DNA from: Octopus vulgaris | Lineage: Eukaryota | Assembly: GCA_951406725.2 (NCBI GenBank) | Contig: OX597830.1 | Coordinates: 1,426,001-1,490,000, forward strand | Reading direction: 5' to 3' | DNA: 64,000 nucleotides | In this document: positions 14,212 to 30,012 of the stretch, in pieces | How positions within the stretch are numbered: the first letter of the stretch is position 1 | Layout: every line of letters begins with the position of its first letter | The notes under the pieces: generated by a model | Told to the model about the DNA's origin: nothing | The model's input: the letters and a program-made list of their open reading frames with translations, nothing else | Databases searched by the model: none | Made by a program: the position numbers and the translations under genes

Positions 14212-14247
14212 GTTTGACGTTTCGAGCCTACGCTCTTCAACGGAAAC
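14212..14247 (-). ncRNA. Minimal hammerhead-like motif (variant core)
   Basis: Minus strand: GTTT CCGTTGA A GAGC-gtag-GCTC GAAA CG TC AAAC. Stem I GTTT/AAAC is perfect; GUC triplet. Confidence 0.55.
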
Positions 14248-14293
14248 TATGGAGAGAGAAAAAATTACTTTGGGATCAACGGTCCAATAGATA

Positions 14294-14464
14294 TAAAGTT
14301 AGCCAAAAGTCATATGCGAGTAAGTCAAAACGCATTTAATTCTAAGATTTAAAAAATGATTTTATGTGAGTTAAATATTCATAATTTGAACGAATAAATA
14401 AAATTGAATATTAAGTATTTATGGCATTTTGATTTACTGCCGGGTGACTTTTGGCCCACCCTGT
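14294..14464. mobile_element. Small Tc1/mariner-type MITE (degenerate)
   Basis: Left GCCAAAAGTCA and right TGACTTTTGGCCCACCCTG are inverted; CAGGGTGG-type terminus. Confidence 0.5.
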
Positions 14465-14483
14465 GTGTGTGTGTGTGTGTATA

Positions 14484-14526
<43 letters not shown>

Positions 14527-14865
14527 AAGTATGTATGTATAAAGATAAATACACAGAAGTTGAAGAAGCCATGTAGACAGACGGACAGACAGGATAAGGT
14601 AAAGAAATTGACGTCTTAATTAGTTAAGTCTAACCATACCAGGCAAAGACGCCTTTGGGTAGCATGAAAACCGACCATACGAATACAATACAATTTCAAC
14701 CAACCGAGAGAGAGACCCTTTTCTTTCTTTCTCCTTCCTTTTTTCTTTGTGTTTTCTGTCACTTAATATATATATATAATCTGAACACCACTTCAAGCAA
14801 TTTATACCTACCTAACTACCTACCTACCTACCTACACATATATGATACTGCACGCACGCATGCAC

Positions 14866-14914
<49 letters not shown>

Positions 14915-15344
14915 GCACACAGACATACACACAGATACACACGTTTGCAAATGAGTTGTTCAGCATATTAATTACAATGTTGCTAATATAAAATATTTAG
15001 GTTGGCGCTCTCCACGTTACAAACGCGCCCTTCGTATCAGTAGCAGTGCGCAAACTGGAATGAATTATTCAGATCTTTGTCCCCATTGTAATCTCGTAGC
15101 TTTTAATTGCATGGATTTGACGTTGCTATTTATAATAAATTGCATGACTATTATGTTTCTTGTTGGCTTTTAGAAAATATTTTTTGTATGGAGTTCAAGA
15201 AAATTTGAATTAATCTAACGATTAACGACATAAAAGTATACAAATGAATATATATATATATATATATACTGATGTACGTGTATATGTATTTATATATATG
15301 TACATGTATATATGCATACGCACTCACACATATATACGTGTGTA

Positions 15345-15421
<77 letters not shown>

Positions 15422-16904
15422 GTACATTTATATATACATGTATGCATACATGTAGGTTTCTATGTGCAGGCCAACGAGTGCAATCCAGTAAGGTACAATT
15501 TAATAAAAATTACAAAGCAACTTGAAAGTAAGTAAAATTTGTAATATTTCATGTTAATAAAATATCCCTAAATAAAACGAAAATCATTTCAAAGAAGTGA
15601 ATTGAAATATGAAAATATGTAATTTTCGATTTTTCGGAGACAAATGTTAAAATGATTAAATTAGGAAATTTAATTCATATATTGCAATATTATTGAAATT
15701 TTGCTATAGGAATCTGTTCAATAAGTCTTACATTGATAGAAGCAATGAAGTAACTGTTGATTGTACAGGTTTTTATATTTTATATTTAATTCTCGTAGCT
15801 TAGGATTCTGACTGAATTTGGCTGTAGTTTGAGAATCTGAAAAAGTATTTATAATAAATTGCTTGTGACAATTTAAATAACTACTTCTGTATATCCATTG
15901 ATTCGAAATCACGAAATACACCTGTTATATTTTAGAGCTAGTTATATGTGCTGTACTTACATTAGAGCCAGATTTAGTAGAGCAAAGTGTCACTAAACTC
16001 CATTGGACTGATCCCAGTGTATTTGTTCCGTCAGAGCTTGTCTTGCTTTAATTTTTCTTGCAATGGGCGTTGAAATTGTCTTTTTTTTTTTGACAATGCA
16101 TTCTGATCTTTACAAGTGATTTGAGGGTAAATTAGTTGCTACTGTTTAGCAGGACTGGTGATCGGGTCTGGCGGTGCTGTTGGCAGAGAGAACTGAAGTT
16201 ATTCTGTAACGAGTTTGCTGCAAATGATCTTTAGAAATTCCATTTATTACAATCGGAATCTTGCAGATGTAAACAGAGTTCATTTTCTGCCAGAATACAT
16301 GTAAAATATTGCAAGAAAACATGCCAACTGTTTGAGCCAATTAACTATTTCTAATATAAATGTTTATTTCTATAGTACTTTTTATATTCAACATCATTGA
16401 GTCCCTGTCACGGGTTTATGGAAACCGTTGTGAAAATAATTTAAAATTATATCACCACAAGATATACTGAACATCTGACGAATGTAGAGCATCCTAAAGT
16501 CACCGGCGCCTTAGTGTCATAGCTTTTATTGAATCAACGAATTAATCAGATCTCTATATAAATTCATTGTTATTAGAATGTTAAATCACCAGCATAATCT
16601 TTAAACAAGGGATATTTCTTCAGGTAATATTTGAACTGTAAAATAAAACAGGCGACGAAACCAGAACAAAAACTGAATGGAAAAACAGGAAATTGATGAA
16701 ATGAAGAAATGAAAGAAATAAAGGAGAGATGGAGAGAAAGAAAAGGAAAGCTACAATGGGGATAAGGATGTTACAAGTAACAGGAATTCGGAAGTGTTTA
16801 TTTAATCATAGAAGCAGTTATCCAATCACACCATTATTACGTTTGTTCATTACACATACCTACAAGAGTAAAGTAACAATACTTTGTACTTACATACACA
16901 TAAC

Positions 16905-17270
16905 AAGTTCAGGTTATACCTGTAATTATTGGGACACTGGGATATGTAACACTGCCTAAATACTAATCTTGAGAATTTAGACTTCTCAAAACAAAAAAAG
17001 GAGAAAGCTGATTCGAAGACTGCAGATCCAAGCCATCACTGGTACTGTAAAGATCTGTACAACCTTCCAGAAGTTTATCATTAAATTATATATAACCATT
17101 TATAGACATTCAACAATATACATGAGAATACATACATAAAAGCAAAACAAACAAATCTGCACATATACATACAAAAATATCTTCATGTTGAAATTTCAAT
17201 AACGAAGCTTGAATCTAGGTTAGAGACCGGCTCTTTATTCAGAAGAAAATTTGAAATAAAACTAAATATT
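16905..17270 (+). mobile_element. 3' end of an RLE-type non-LTR retrotransposon (R4/Dong-like)
   Basis: QVIPVIIGTLGYVT/CLNTNLENLDFSKQKKEKLIRRLQIQAITGTVKICTTFQKFII* resembles the PIVIGALG...LQK..L.GT C-terminus of restriction-like-endonuclease LINEs. Confidence 0.7.
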
Positions 17271-17464
17271 GACATGCATTTAAATGTTGAAGAGAGAAAC
17301 CCAGTCTCCCAGATAACTTGTAACACTATATCACCTGTCCCATACAAAGAATGCTACTGGTACCTTGACGAATATATACAATATGGTATCGATTACTCTA
17401 CATTCCAACGATGCAGCTTTGTATCTTTATTGGAAACCAACACCTTCTTGAAAAGAAGAAATAC

Positions 17465-17536
17465 TTAAATATATACATACACACATACGTACAGGCACAC
17501 ATTCATACATACACGCACACATAAAAATATACATAC

Positions 17537-17567
<31 letters not shown>

Positions 17568-17652
17568 CATATATATACATACATACATATATATACATAC
17601 ATACATATATACATACATACATATATACATACATACATATATACATACATAT

Positions 17653-17685
<33 letters not shown>

Positions 17686-18006
17686 CATACATATTTATAT
17701 ATACATACATACATATATATACATAAATACATATATATACATATTTATATATACATACATACATATATATACATATTTATATATACATACGTACATATAT
17801 ATACATATTTATATATACATACATGCATAAATATACATACATACATATATATACATACATATATACATACATACATATATACATACATACATGTACATAC
17901 ATACATATACATACATATACATACATACATATACATACATACATATATATATATATATACATACATACATATACCTACATACATACATATATACATACAT
18001 ACATAT

Positions 18007-18039
<33 letters not shown>

Positions 18040-18818
18040 CATACATATTTATATATACATACATACATATATATACATACATACATATATATACATATTT
18101 ATATATACATACATACATATATATACATATTTATATATACATACATACATATATATACATATTTATATATACATACATGCATACATATACATACATACAT
18201 ATATATACATACATATATACATACATACATATATACATACATACATATACATACATACATATACATACATATACATACATACATATACATACATACATAT
18301 ATATATATATATACATACATACATATACATACATACATACATATATACATACATACATATATACATACATACATATATATACATACATAGTTACATACAT
18401 ATACATATATACATACATATACATACATATATACACACATATATACATACATACATATATATACATACATACTTATATATACATACATACATATATATAT
18501 ATACATATATACATACATATATATACATACATATTTATATATACATACATATTTATATATACATACATAGATATTTATATATACATACATACATATATAT
18601 ACATACATATATACATACATATACATACATACATATACATACATGCATATACATACATGCATATACATACATACATATATATATACATACATATACATAC
18701 ATGCGTATACATACATACAAATATATACATACATATATATACATACATACATATACATACATACATACATATACATACATATACACATACATACATATAT
18801 ATATATACATACATACAT

Positions 18819-18851
<33 letters not shown>

Positions 18852-18878
18852 CATACATATATACATACATATACATAC

Positions 18879-18925
<47 letters not shown>

Positions 18926-18937
18926 CAGACATATACA

Positions 18938-18977
<40 letters not shown>

Positions 18978-19304
18978 CATACATATATACATACATATAC
19001 ATACATATATACATACATATACATACATACACATACATACATACACATACATACATATACATACATACATACACATACATACATACATATATACATATAC
19101 ATACATATATACATATATATATATACATACATACATATATACATACATACATACATATATATATACATACATACATATATATATATACATACATACATAT
19201 ATATATATAGATACATACATATATATATATATACATACATACATATATATATATACATACATATATATATATATACATACATATATATATATATACATAC
19301 ATAT
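17465..19304. repeat. About 1.8-kb compound (TACA)n/(TA)n microsatellite
   Basis: Seen directly; the source of the spurious YI/HT/MYV ORFs. Confidence 0.97.
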
Positions 19305-19353
19305 AGGTGGTGTAGTAAATTGATCAAAATAAAAACATGATGAGAAGGAATCA

Positions 19354-19431
19354 GTGGTACATATGTTTCGGGCCTTTATTAGACAGATTTATAACAATGC
19401 ATAATATATGTCTGTGGCCTTCTTCAGCCGC
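19354..19431 (-). ncRNA. Type I hammerhead ribozyme motif
   Basis: Minus strand: GCGG CTGAAGA aGGCC ACAGA...TCTGT...GGCCc GAAA CATATG TA CCAC. Canonical core, palindromic stem III ACATATGT, GUA triplet, stem I GCGG/CCAC with one mismatch. Confidence 0.75.
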
Positions 19432-19439
19432 ATAAAAAT

Positions 19440-19676
19440 AGAAAAGAAAATATGTATTTGTCCGTCGCTACAGACAATGTCTTCTAAAATAAAAACTAAT
19501 TGCGACTATACTTTTAACACACAAATATACATACACATAGATATTTTACAGAATTTAAGCAGAGAAAAAGAGAAAAGAAAATATATATTTGTCCGTCGCT
19601 ACAGACAATGTCTTCTAAAATAAAAACTAATTGCGACTATACTTCTGACACACACATATACATACACATAGATATA
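19440..19676. repeat. Tandem duplication, about 105 bp with period 131
   Basis: GAAAAGAAAATATRTATTTGTCCGTCGCTACAGACAATG... at 19441 and 19572. Confidence 0.9.
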
Positions 19677-20318
19677 TTATTATTTTCTGTTTGAAAGAAC
19701 ACTAATGATAAAAAAATAAATAATATCTTCCTTACCTTACCGGCTGAGAGAGTACTTACGCGATTCTTTTTTATGAGAAAGGAAGATAGATAGACAAGAC
19801 AGTCCTTTTATACTCCTTAAGCGTATTTTGTAAACAAAAGGGATTTGAGTTTCGATTTAGCACATGCAACAGTTTGAGGAATACTTTCTGTATTTTCCTA
19901 AGCGATTTGGTATTAAGCAGCAAATTTTTCAGAGGCTTTTTTCAGAACACGCAGATATACATCAAAAACGAAAATATCCTGTGTCTTGTTGATTCACAGA
20001 CGAAGATTAAAATTCACTTCGAGTTCGGGAAAGTTACACACACGTGCGTTTTAACACGTGTATTCGCGAGTATGTTCTAGTTGCAAAATACTATGTCAAA
20101 AGCGAAAATATTCTTCTCAAATACAGTGACTTGTTGTACTTTCACTTATATTCGCTTTGCAGACAATTTCGCTTCTGATAACATCGATCTCTGGAAGGAC
20201 TTCTTTAATATTTAGGAGAGACACGTTAACACACTTGTTGTTAGTTCAGCGCCATCTTGTATATATACATATATATATATACATATATATATATACATAT
20301 ATATATATTATATATACA

Positions 20319-20580
20319 TTTGATTTTGATTTTTCCAGTTTCAGCTAATGAGCTGTGGCCATGCTGGGGCACCGCCATTTGGTTTGCTACACGGGTTTAC
20401 CTCACGGATGCTTTTTAGCAAACGCCATCTGATGCATCAGAGAGTTCGATGCAGCTGCCCTCATCTGCACCTCCTGCCGTGAAATTGGTTCATCCGGGAC
20501 ACCTGACAGGAAGAGAACCAGTCCTACTTTAAAGACATCCGAATCTACACCATGCAGGTCCCTCAGGTTCTTCGGGATAT
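20319..20580 (-). mobile_element. CR1/L2-group LINE copy A (3' 260 bp, AAAATC tail)
   Basis: [11 protein letters not shown]...VPDEP...RAAASNSL; 3'UTR nearly the same as copy E. Confidence 0.92.
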
Positions 20581-20616
20581 ATATACATATATATATATAT
20601 ATACATATATATATAC

Positions 20617-20649
<33 letters not shown>

Positions 20650-20692
20650 CACATATATATATACACATATATATACACATATATATATACAC

Positions 20693-20741
<49 letters not shown>

Positions 20742-20763
20742 CACATATATATATATACACATA

Positions 20764-20795
<32 letters not shown>

Positions 20796-20926
20796 CACAT
20801 ATATATATATACATATATATATACACATATATATACACATATATATATATATACACATATATATATATACATATATATATATACACATATATATATATAC
20901 ATATATATATATACACATATATATAT

Positions 20927-21053
<127 letters not shown>

Positions 21054-21093
21054 TATGTATATACATATATATACATATATATATATATTTATA

Positions 21094-23634
21094 TGATTGA
21101 TTGATTGATTGATTGATTCTAGTTTCAGCCTATGAGCTGTGGCCATGCTGGGGCACCGCCATTTGGTGTTGCTACTTGGTTTCACTTCATGGAAGCTTTC
21201 TAGCAACTGCTATTTGGTGCATGAGAGAGTTCGATGCAGCTGCCCTCATCTGCCCCTCCTGCCGTGAAGTTGGTTCATCTGGGACACCTGACAGGAAGAG
21301 ATCCAGCTTCATTTTAAAGACATCTGTATCCACCCCATGCAGGTCTCTCAGGTTCTTCGGGAGGATATTGAAGAGCTGTGGGCCTCGGAAGCCCAGGCTA
21401 TCACAGAATCTTGTCCTACATCTTGATGGCAGGATTGGCGTCCTAGGCACCACGCAATGGCGCCCAGTTCTGGCATTTGCGTAACTCTCGATGCCAAAGT
21501 TCAGGACACTTCCCTCCAGGATCTTCCAGATGTATATTATGGCATATCTTTCCCGCCTACGCTCCAGGGAATATAATTTTAATCTCTTGAGTCTTTCCCA
21601 GTAGCTTACATTCTGCATAGAGGCTATCTTCTTTGTGTAGCTTCGTTGGATCGCCTCAAGTTCTGTGATCAACTTGACACTGGATTGTGACCATAGCTGA
21701 GAGCAATAGTCAAAGTGGCTTAGGACAAGTGTCTTCCAGAGGACCATCATGGTTTCTTGTTCTCTTGTTCTAAAGGTTCTAAGAATCCATCCAGCCAGCC
21801 GTCTACATTTCATTGTCAGTTTAGCAACATGTACATGAAAGGTCGCGTCATCACTAAAGTGAATACCCAGGTCACGCACTGATTGTGCCTCTGGGATTGC
21901 AATCCCTCCGGGTCCAGTGTATTCATTGGGTATTGCATTCAGTTTTGCGTGCTGATAGTATAAAGCTTGAAACTTTCCAGCATTGAACTGCATGCTATTC
22001 TTTTCAGCCCACTTGTATATTTCGTCCAGCTTACATTGCAGGTGTTTAGTTTCCTCAGGGTTCTGTATTGCCTGTGAAACTTTTGTATCATCTGCATAAC
22101 TTGTGATCGTGGCTCTCTGCGTGGCTGAGGGCATGTCTGAGAGGGCCATTATGAACAGTAGTGGTCCCAGAACAGTGCCCTGCGGAACACCGCTCACTAT
22201 TTGTGTGTTAATGGAGGTGGCCCCATTGGCTACTACCACCTGACTTCTGTCCTTCAGAAAGTCATGAAGCCATTCTCCCAGTTTTCCAACTATGTTGAGA
22301 TCACGCAGTTTGTGACATATCATTCCATGATCGACTTTATCAAAGGCCTTTGCAAAGTCGAGATATATCACTTCCACATTTGAGTGGTTGAGCAGCCGTT
22401 TCAGCACCCAGTCATAGTGTTGTAGGAGCTGAGTTAAACAGCTTCTCCCTGGTCGGAAACCATGTTGGGTGTCGGGCAGCAAGTCATTTTCTTCAAGGAA
22501 GGTGATCAGCTTCCTTCTGACTATTCGTTCCATGACCTTGCTGATGTGTGAGGTCAGAGAGATAGGTCTATAGTTCTTGGCTTCCGCTCTGCTACCTCCT
22601 TTATGAATGGGGCATATCTTACCTTCCTTCAGTTTTCCTGGAAGTTTGCCAGCTGCAAGGAAGCTCTGAAAGAGGAACTGCAGTGGTCTTGCTAGGACTC
22701 TCTTATATGCTTTTAGGAGGATTGCCGGGAATCCATCGGGGCCAGTAGCTGAGTCTGTTTTCATTTCATCTATAGCCTTGGTTACATCGTCTTCCTTTAT
22801 ATCGATGTAATCTATCGTCGCCGCCTCTGATTTTATATCTGCAGTGGTAAAAAAGTCAGTTGGATTGGTGATTTGGAGATGCCCAAGGGGTGGAGTGAAA
22901 ACACTCTTGAATTGCTCATTCAGTATTTCACTTACCCTCATTGGTTTTCCTGTAAGTGTGCCATCCTTTTCGAGGAGTGGCCCTATTCTACAGTGCACTG
23001 TAGCTGTTTCTTTGGCATACCTGTAGAAAGCTCTGGGGTTAGATTTTATGTTTTCTATAGCCCAGGCTTCTTTGTCTGCTCTTTCTTTTTCATGGGAGAG
23101 TTGCAGACATTTTTCGATTTCCAACAGTTTTATTTTTAGGCGGGACTTTTCACTGCTTTCAATCTGTTTGTTTAGGCGATTTGAAAATTTCGTACGCCGT
23201 CTCATTAAAATTTTCCTCTCTCTGGGGATTTTGTTCTTGTGTACAGTGGCCTTTCTCTCTGGGACACATTTGTAGCATATGGCTTGCATTACAGACATGA
23301 ATTGTTAAAGTTTCACGTCGATGTCTGGCGAGGAGAGACATTTAGGCCAGTTTTGTTTGAGGATCTCTTTCTCAATTTGTTTCCAGTTTGCCTTATGGTA
23401 GTTCAAGCTGGAAAGATTTTGAGGGTTTCTTGTAGGCTGCATGTCCGTGCTCTCTTTTGGCCCGTACATGGTCAGCTCTATCATGTTGTGATCCGAGAGT
23501 AGTGTCGGTGTCACTTTCACATTATGGATGAGATCCATGTCATTTGTGAAGCAGAGATCCAGTGTGTTACCTGCCCTGGTTGGTTGGAGTATTACCTGCT
23601 CCATGTACAGGGTGTTGATGAGGTTCAGGAGGGA
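21094..23634 (-). mobile_element. CR1/L2-group LINE copy B (5'-truncated, (AATC)n tail)
   Basis: End of the APE domain ([16 protein letters not shown]), in-frame stop near 23305, then the RT ORF. Flanked by TA tracts. Confidence 0.97.
21187..23298 (-). CDS. LINE ORF2 reverse transcriptase (703-aa open portion)
   Basis: [53 protein letters not shown]. Confidence 0.93.
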   Translation of the reverse strand: MSVMQAICYKCVPERKATVHKNKIPRERKILMRRRTKFSNRLNKQIESSEKSRLKIKLLEIEKCLQLSHEKERADKEAWAIENIKSNPRAFYRYAKETATVHCRIGPLLEKDGTLTGKPMRVSEILNEQFKSVFTPPLGHLQITNPTDFFTTADIKSEAATIDYIDIKEDDVTKAIDEMKTDSATGPDGFPAILLKAYKRVLARPLQFLFQSFLAAGKLPGKLKEGKICPIHKGGSRAEAKNYRPISLTSHISKVMERIVRRKLITFLEENDLLPDTQHGFRPGRSCLTQLLQHYDWVLKRLLNHSNVEVIYLDFAKAFDKVDHGMICHKLRDLNIVGKLGEWLHDFLKDRSQVVVANGATSINTQIVSGVPQGTVLGPLLFIMALSDMPSATQRATITSYADDTKVSQAIQNPEETKHLQCKLDEIYKWAEKNSMQFNAGKFQALYYQHAKLNAIPNEYTGPGGIAIPEAQSVRDLGIHFSDDATFHVHVAKLTMKCRRLAGWILRTFRTREQETMMVLWKTLVLSHFDYCSQLWSQSSVKLITELEAIQRSYTKKIASMQNVSYWERLKRLKLYSLERRRERYAIIYIWKILEGSVLNFGIESYANARTGRHCVVPRTPILPSRCRTRFCDSLGFRGPQLFNILPKNLRDLHGVDTDVFKMKLDLFLSGVPDEPTSRQEGQMRAAASNSLMHQIAVARKLP

Positions 23635-23920
23635 TATATACATATATATATACATATATATATATATATACATATACATATACATATATATACATATATA
23701 TACATATATATATACATAAACATATACATACATATACATATATATACATATATATATATATACATATACATATACATAAACATATATATACATATACATA
23801 TATATATACATAAACATATATATACATATACATATATATATATATACATATACATATATATATATACATATATATACATATATATATATATACATATATA
23901 TATATACACATATATATACA

Positions 23921-23953
<33 letters not shown>

Positions 23954-24025
23954 CCACATAAACATATATATACATATACATACATATACATATACATACA
24001 TATACATACATATACATACCGATAC

Positions 24026-24058
<33 letters not shown>

Positions 24059-24137
24059 CATACATATATATATACATATATATACATATATACATATATA
24101 TATACATATATATACATATATATACATATATATATAC

Positions 24138-24179
<42 letters not shown>

Positions 24180-24222
24180 CATATATATATACATATATAC
24201 ATATATATATACATATATATAC

Positions 24223-24302
<80 letters not shown>

Positions 24303-24550
24303 TATACATATATATACATATATATACATATATATATATACATATATATATATACATATATATATACATATATATATATATACATATATATACATATATG
24401 CATATATATATACATATATATACATATATATATATACATATATATACATATACATATATATACATATATATACATATATATATATACATACATATATATA
24501 CACATATATACATATATATACATATATATATATACATACATATATATACA

Positions 24551-24584
<34 letters not shown>

Positions 24585-24648
24585 CATATATATACATATA
24601 TATATATACATATATATATATACATATATATATACATATATATACATA

Positions 24649-24983
24649 TAAAGACCCCCTTCGGTCATGAGTGACCATGGGTTTGCACCCAGAGAGTTAC
24701 CCTCTGAGGCACAGGTCTGGGCAAGGTTGTTTTTATGGAAGACCAATAGTCGCCCATGCATACCGGCCTCCCCTCTCCACGCCACCAGTGTTATCCAAGG
24801 GAAAGACAAAGGTCGATACAGCTTGGCACCAGTGACGTCGCAACTCATTTCTACAGCTGAGTGAACTGGACCAACGTGAAATAAAGTGCTTTGCTCAAGG
24901 ACAAAACACGCAGCCCGGTCCGGGATTCGAATTCACAACCTCACGATCGTAAGCTCGACGCACTAACCACTGAGCCATGCGCC
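24649..24983 (-). mobile_element. tRNA-derived CORE-type SINE, near full length
   Basis: Minus strand: GGCGCATGGCTCAGTGGTTAG (A box)...GAATTCGAATCCCGG (B box)...TGTCCTTGAGCAAAGCACTTTATTTCAC (CORE-like). Inserted in a TA tract. Confidence 0.88.
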
Positions 24984-25080
24984 TATATATATACATATAC
25001 ATATATACATATACATATATATATATATATATACATATATATATACATATATATATACATATACATATATATATACATAT

Positions 25081-25768
25081 ACTCTTTTACTCTTTTAATT
25101 GTTTCAGCCATCCGGCTGAGGCCATGCTGGGGCACCGCCCTTGTTGCTACCCTCTCTAAGTCCAGTTTGCCGTGGCTGGCCACTGATCTAAGAGAGAGTT
25201 TGTAGCTGCTGCCCTTAGGTTACCTTCGTACCTTGCAGTGGGTTCATCTGGGATCCCGGAAAGCAGCTTGTCTAGATGTTTTTTGAAAATGTCCACATCC
25301 GCATCATGTAGATCTCTTAGTTTTCTTGGCAGTTTGTTGAAAAGCTGAGGGCCCCTGAACCCCAGGCTATTACAGTATCTGCTCCTTACCCTGGATGTGG
25401 AAGACGGGACCTTTGGCACCACACAGTGACGTCCTGTACGGGGATTGGAACAGCTCTCAATTCCAAAATTTGGTGCTAGTCCCTCCAGGATTTTCCATAT
25501 ATATATCACTGCATATCTCACTCGTCTTCGTTCCGAGGAGTACAAATTGAGTTCCCTAAGCCTCTCCCAATAGTTCTTTTCTTTCATGGTGGAAATCCTC
25601 TTGGTGAAATGTCTTTGGATTGTCTCAAGCTCTGTGGTTAGTTTGACACTATGCGGTGACCACAGTTGGGAGCAGTAGTCCAGGCGGCTTAGGACAAATG
25701 TCCTCCATAGTGTCAACATGGTCTCGCAGTCTCTTGTCCGGAATGTCCTCAGGATCCAGCCAGTGAGT
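25081..25768 (-). mobile_element. CR1/L2-group LINE copy C (related subfamily, TAAAAGAG tail)
   Basis: [10 protein letters not shown]...[10 protein letters not shown]...[14 protein letters not shown]...RAAATNSL. Confidence 0.93.
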
Positions 25769-26490
25769 ATGTATACATACATATATATATACATATACAT
25801 ATATATATACATATACATATACATATATATATACATACACATATATACATATACATATATACATATATATATATATACATATATATATACATATACATAT
25901 ACATATATATATACATATACATATATACATATATACATATAAATATATATATACATATATATATACATATATATACATATATATATACATATATATATAC
26001 ATATATATGTATACATATATATATACATACATATATATATACATACATATATATATAATTACATATATATATATATACATATATATATATACATACATAT
26101 ATCTATATACATATATATATATACATATATATATATATACATATATATACATATATATATATACATACATACATATATACATATATACATATACATACAT
26201 ACATATATATATACATATATACATATATATATACATATATACATATATATACATATATACATATATATATACATATATACATATATATACATATATACAT
26301 ATATACATATATATACATATATACATATATATACATATGTACATATATATACATATATATATACATATATACATATATATACATATATATATATATACAT
26401 ATATATATACATATATATACATATATATATACATATACATATATACATATATATATACATATATATTTATATATACATATATATATACAT

Positions 26491-26521
<31 letters not shown>

Positions 26522-26556
26522 TTTATATATACATATATATATATATACATATATAC

Positions 26557-26587
<31 letters not shown>

Positions 26588-26953
26588 CATACATACATAT
26601 ATACATACATACATACATATATACATACATACATAAATATATATATACATACATACATATATATATATATACATACATACATACATATATATACATACAT
26701 ACATACATATATATACATACATACATATATATATATACATACATATATATATATACATACATACATATATATATATACATACATACATATATATATATAC
26801 ATACATACATATATATATATACATACATACATATATATACATACATACATACATATATATACATACATACATACATATATATACATACATACATACATAT
26901 ATATATATATACATACATATATATATATACATACATATATATATACATACATA

Positions 26954-26985
<32 letters not shown>

Positions 26986-27011
26986 CATATATATATATAC
27001 ATACATACATA

Positions 27012-27043
<32 letters not shown>

Positions 27044-27427
27044 CATATATATATATACATACATACTTATATATACATACATACATACATATATATACAT
27101 ACATACATATATATACATACATACATACATATATATACATACATACATACATATATATACATACATACATACATATATATACATACATACATATATATAC
27201 ATACATACATACATACATATATATACATACATACATATATTCATATATATACATACATACATACATATATATACATACATACATACATTTATATACATAC
27301 ATACATATATATACATACATACATACATATATATACATACATACATACATATATATATATACGTACATACATATATATACATACATACATACATATATAT
27401 ATACATATATATATATATACACATATA

Positions 27428-27456
<29 letters not shown>

Positions 27457-27458
<2 letters not shown>

Positions 27459-29326
27459 GGCACACTCACAGGAAAACCAATGAGGGTAAGTGAAATACTG
27501 AATGAACAATTCAAGAGTGTTTTCACTCCACCCCTTGGGCATTTACAAATCAGCAATCCAACTGACTTCTTTACCACTGCAGATATAGAATCAGAGGCGG
27601 CGACGATAAATTACATCGATATAAAGGAAGACGATGTAATAAAGGCTATAGATGAAATGAAAACAGACTCAGCTATTGGCCCCGATGGATTCCCGGCAAT
27701 CCTCCTAAAAGTATGTAAGAGAGTCTTAGCAAGACCACTGCAGTTCCTCTTTCAGAGCTTCCTTGCAGCTGGCAAACTTCCAAGAAAACTGAAGGAAGGT
27801 AACATATTCACTATTCATAAAGGAGGTAGCAGAGCGGAGGCCAAGAACTACAGACCTATCTCTCTGACCTCACACATCAGCAAGGTCATGGAACGAATAC
27901 TCAGAAGGAAACTAATCACCTTCCTTGAAGAAAATGACTTGCTGCCTAACACCCAACATGGTTTCCGACAAGGAAGAAGCTGCTTAACTCAGCTCCTGCA
28001 GCACTATGACTGGGTGCTGAAACAACTGCTCAACCACTCAAAAGTGGAAGTCATATATCTCGACTTCGCAAAGGCCTTCGATAAAGTCGATCATGGAATG
28101 ATATGTCACAAACTGCGTGATCTTGGCATAGTTGGAAAACTAGGAGAATGGCTTCACGACTTTCTGAAGAATAGAAGTCAGGTGGTAGTAGCCAATGGGG
28201 CCACTTCCATTAGCACGCAAATAGTGAGCGGTGTTCCACAGGGCACTATTTTGGGACCACTAATGTTTATGATGGCCCTCTCAGACATGCCCTCAGCCAC
28301 GCGGAGAGCCACGATCACAAGTTATGCAGATGATACAAAAGTTTCACAGGCAATACAGAACACTGAAGACACTAAGCACCTGCAATATGAGCTGGACGAA
28401 ATTTACAAGTGGGCTGAGAAGAATAGCATGCAGTTCAATGCTGAAAAGTTTCAAGCTTTATACTATCAGCATGCAAAACTGAATGCAATAACCAAGGAAT
28501 ACATTGGACCCGGAGGGATTGCAATCCCAGAGGCACAATCAGTGCGGGACCTGGGTATTCACATGAGTGATGACGCGACCTTTCATGTACATGTTGCTAA
28601 ACTGACAATGAAATGCAGACGGCTGGCTGGATGGATTCTTAGAACCTTTAGAACAAGAGAACTAGAAACCATGATGGTCCTCTGGAAGACACTTCTCCTA
28701 AGCCACTTTGACTATTGCTCTCAGCTATGGTCACCATCCAGTGTCAAGTTGATCACAGAACTTGAGGCGATCCAACGAAGCTACACGAAGAAGATATCCT
28801 CTATGCAGAATGTAAGCTACTGGGAAAGTCTCAAGAGATTAAAATTATATTCCCTGGAGCGTAGGCGGGAAAGATATGCCATAATATACATCTGGAAGAT
28901 CCTGGAGGGAAGTGTCCTGAACTTTGGCATCGAGAGTAACGCAAATGCTAGAACTGGGCGCCACTGCGTGGTGCCTAGGACTCCAAACTTGCCATCAAGA
29001 TGTAGGACAAGATTCTGTAATAGCCTGGGCTTCCGAGGCCCACAGCTCTTCAATATCCTCCCGAAGAACCTGAGAGACCTGCATGGGGTGGATACAGATG
29101 TCTTTAAAATGGAGCTGGATCTCTTCCTGTCAGGTGTCCCAGATGAACCAACTTCACGGCAGGAGGGGCAGATGAGGGCAGCTGCATCGAACTCACTCAT
29201 ACACCAAATAGCAGTTGCTAGAAAACCTCCATGAAGTGAAACCAAGAAGCAAAACCAAATGGCGGTGCCCCAGCATGGCCACAGCTCATAAGCTGAAACG
29301 AGAATCAATCAATCAATCAATCAATC

Positions 29327-29327
<1 letters not shown>
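27457..29327 (+). mobile_element. CR1/L2-group LINE copy D (5'-truncated, (AATC)n tail)
   Basis: Very similar to copies B and F; flanked by TA tracts. Confidence 0.97.
27480..29234 (+). CDS. LINE ORF2 reverse transcriptase (584-aa open portion)
   Basis: All RT motifs including YADD; uninterrupted to the natural stop. Confidence 0.92.
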   Translation: MRVSEILNEQFKSVFTPPLGHLQISNPTDFFTTADIESEAATINYIDIKEDDVIKAIDEMKTDSAIGPDGFPAILLKVCKRVLARPLQFLFQSFLAAGKLPRKLKEGNIFTIHKGGSRAEAKNYRPISLTSHISKVMERILRRKLITFLEENDLLPNTQHGFRQGRSCLTQLLQHYDWVLKQLLNHSKVEVIYLDFAKAFDKVDHGMICHKLRDLGIVGKLGEWLHDFLKNRSQVVVANGATSISTQIVSGVPQGTILGPLMFMMALSDMPSATRRATITSYADDTKVSQAIQNTEDTKHLQYELDEIYKWAEKNSMQFNAEKFQALYYQHAKLNAITKEYIGPGGIAIPEAQSVRDLGIHMSDDATFHVHVAKLTMKCRRLAGWILRTFRTRELETMMVLWKTLLLSHFDYCSQLWSPSSVKLITELEAIQRSYTKKISSMQNVSYWESLKRLKLYSLERRRERYAIIYIWKILEGSVLNFGIESNANARTGRHCVVPRTPNLPSRCRTRFCNSLGFRGPQLFNILPKNLRDLHGVDTDVFKMELDLFLSGVPDEPTSRQEGQMRAAASNSLIHQIAVARKPP

Positions 29328-29377
<50 letters not shown>

Positions 29378-29422
29378 CATATATATATATACATATATAT
29401 ATATATACATATATATATATAC

Positions 29423-29485
<63 letters not shown>

Positions 29486-29497
29486 TATACATATACA

Positions 29498-29529
<32 letters not shown>

Positions 29530-29530
29530 C

Positions 29531-29641
<111 letters not shown>

Positions 29642-29770
29642 CATATATATATATACATATATATATATATACATAAATATATATATACATATATATATAT
29701 ATACATATATATTTATATATACATACATATATATATATACACATATATATATATACATATATATTTATAT

Positions 29771-29817
<47 letters not shown>

Positions 29818-29837
29818 TGTAGGTCCCGGTTATACAC

Positions 29838-29960
<123 letters not shown>

Positions 29961-30012
29961 CATATATGACTATACATATACATATATATATATACATATA
30001 TATATATACATA

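Noticed and set aside
17427-19340. Long ORFs here (up to 505 aa) and similar ones at 20.4-21.2, 23.3-27.6, 29.2-30.0 and 37.9-39.7 kb
   Set aside because: Translations of TA/TACA microsatellites, which lack stop codons; not genes.
24900-24983. tRNA-like sequence with A and B boxes (also at 59380)
   Set aside because: Head of a SINE; no complete cloverleaf, and it runs into a repeat body.
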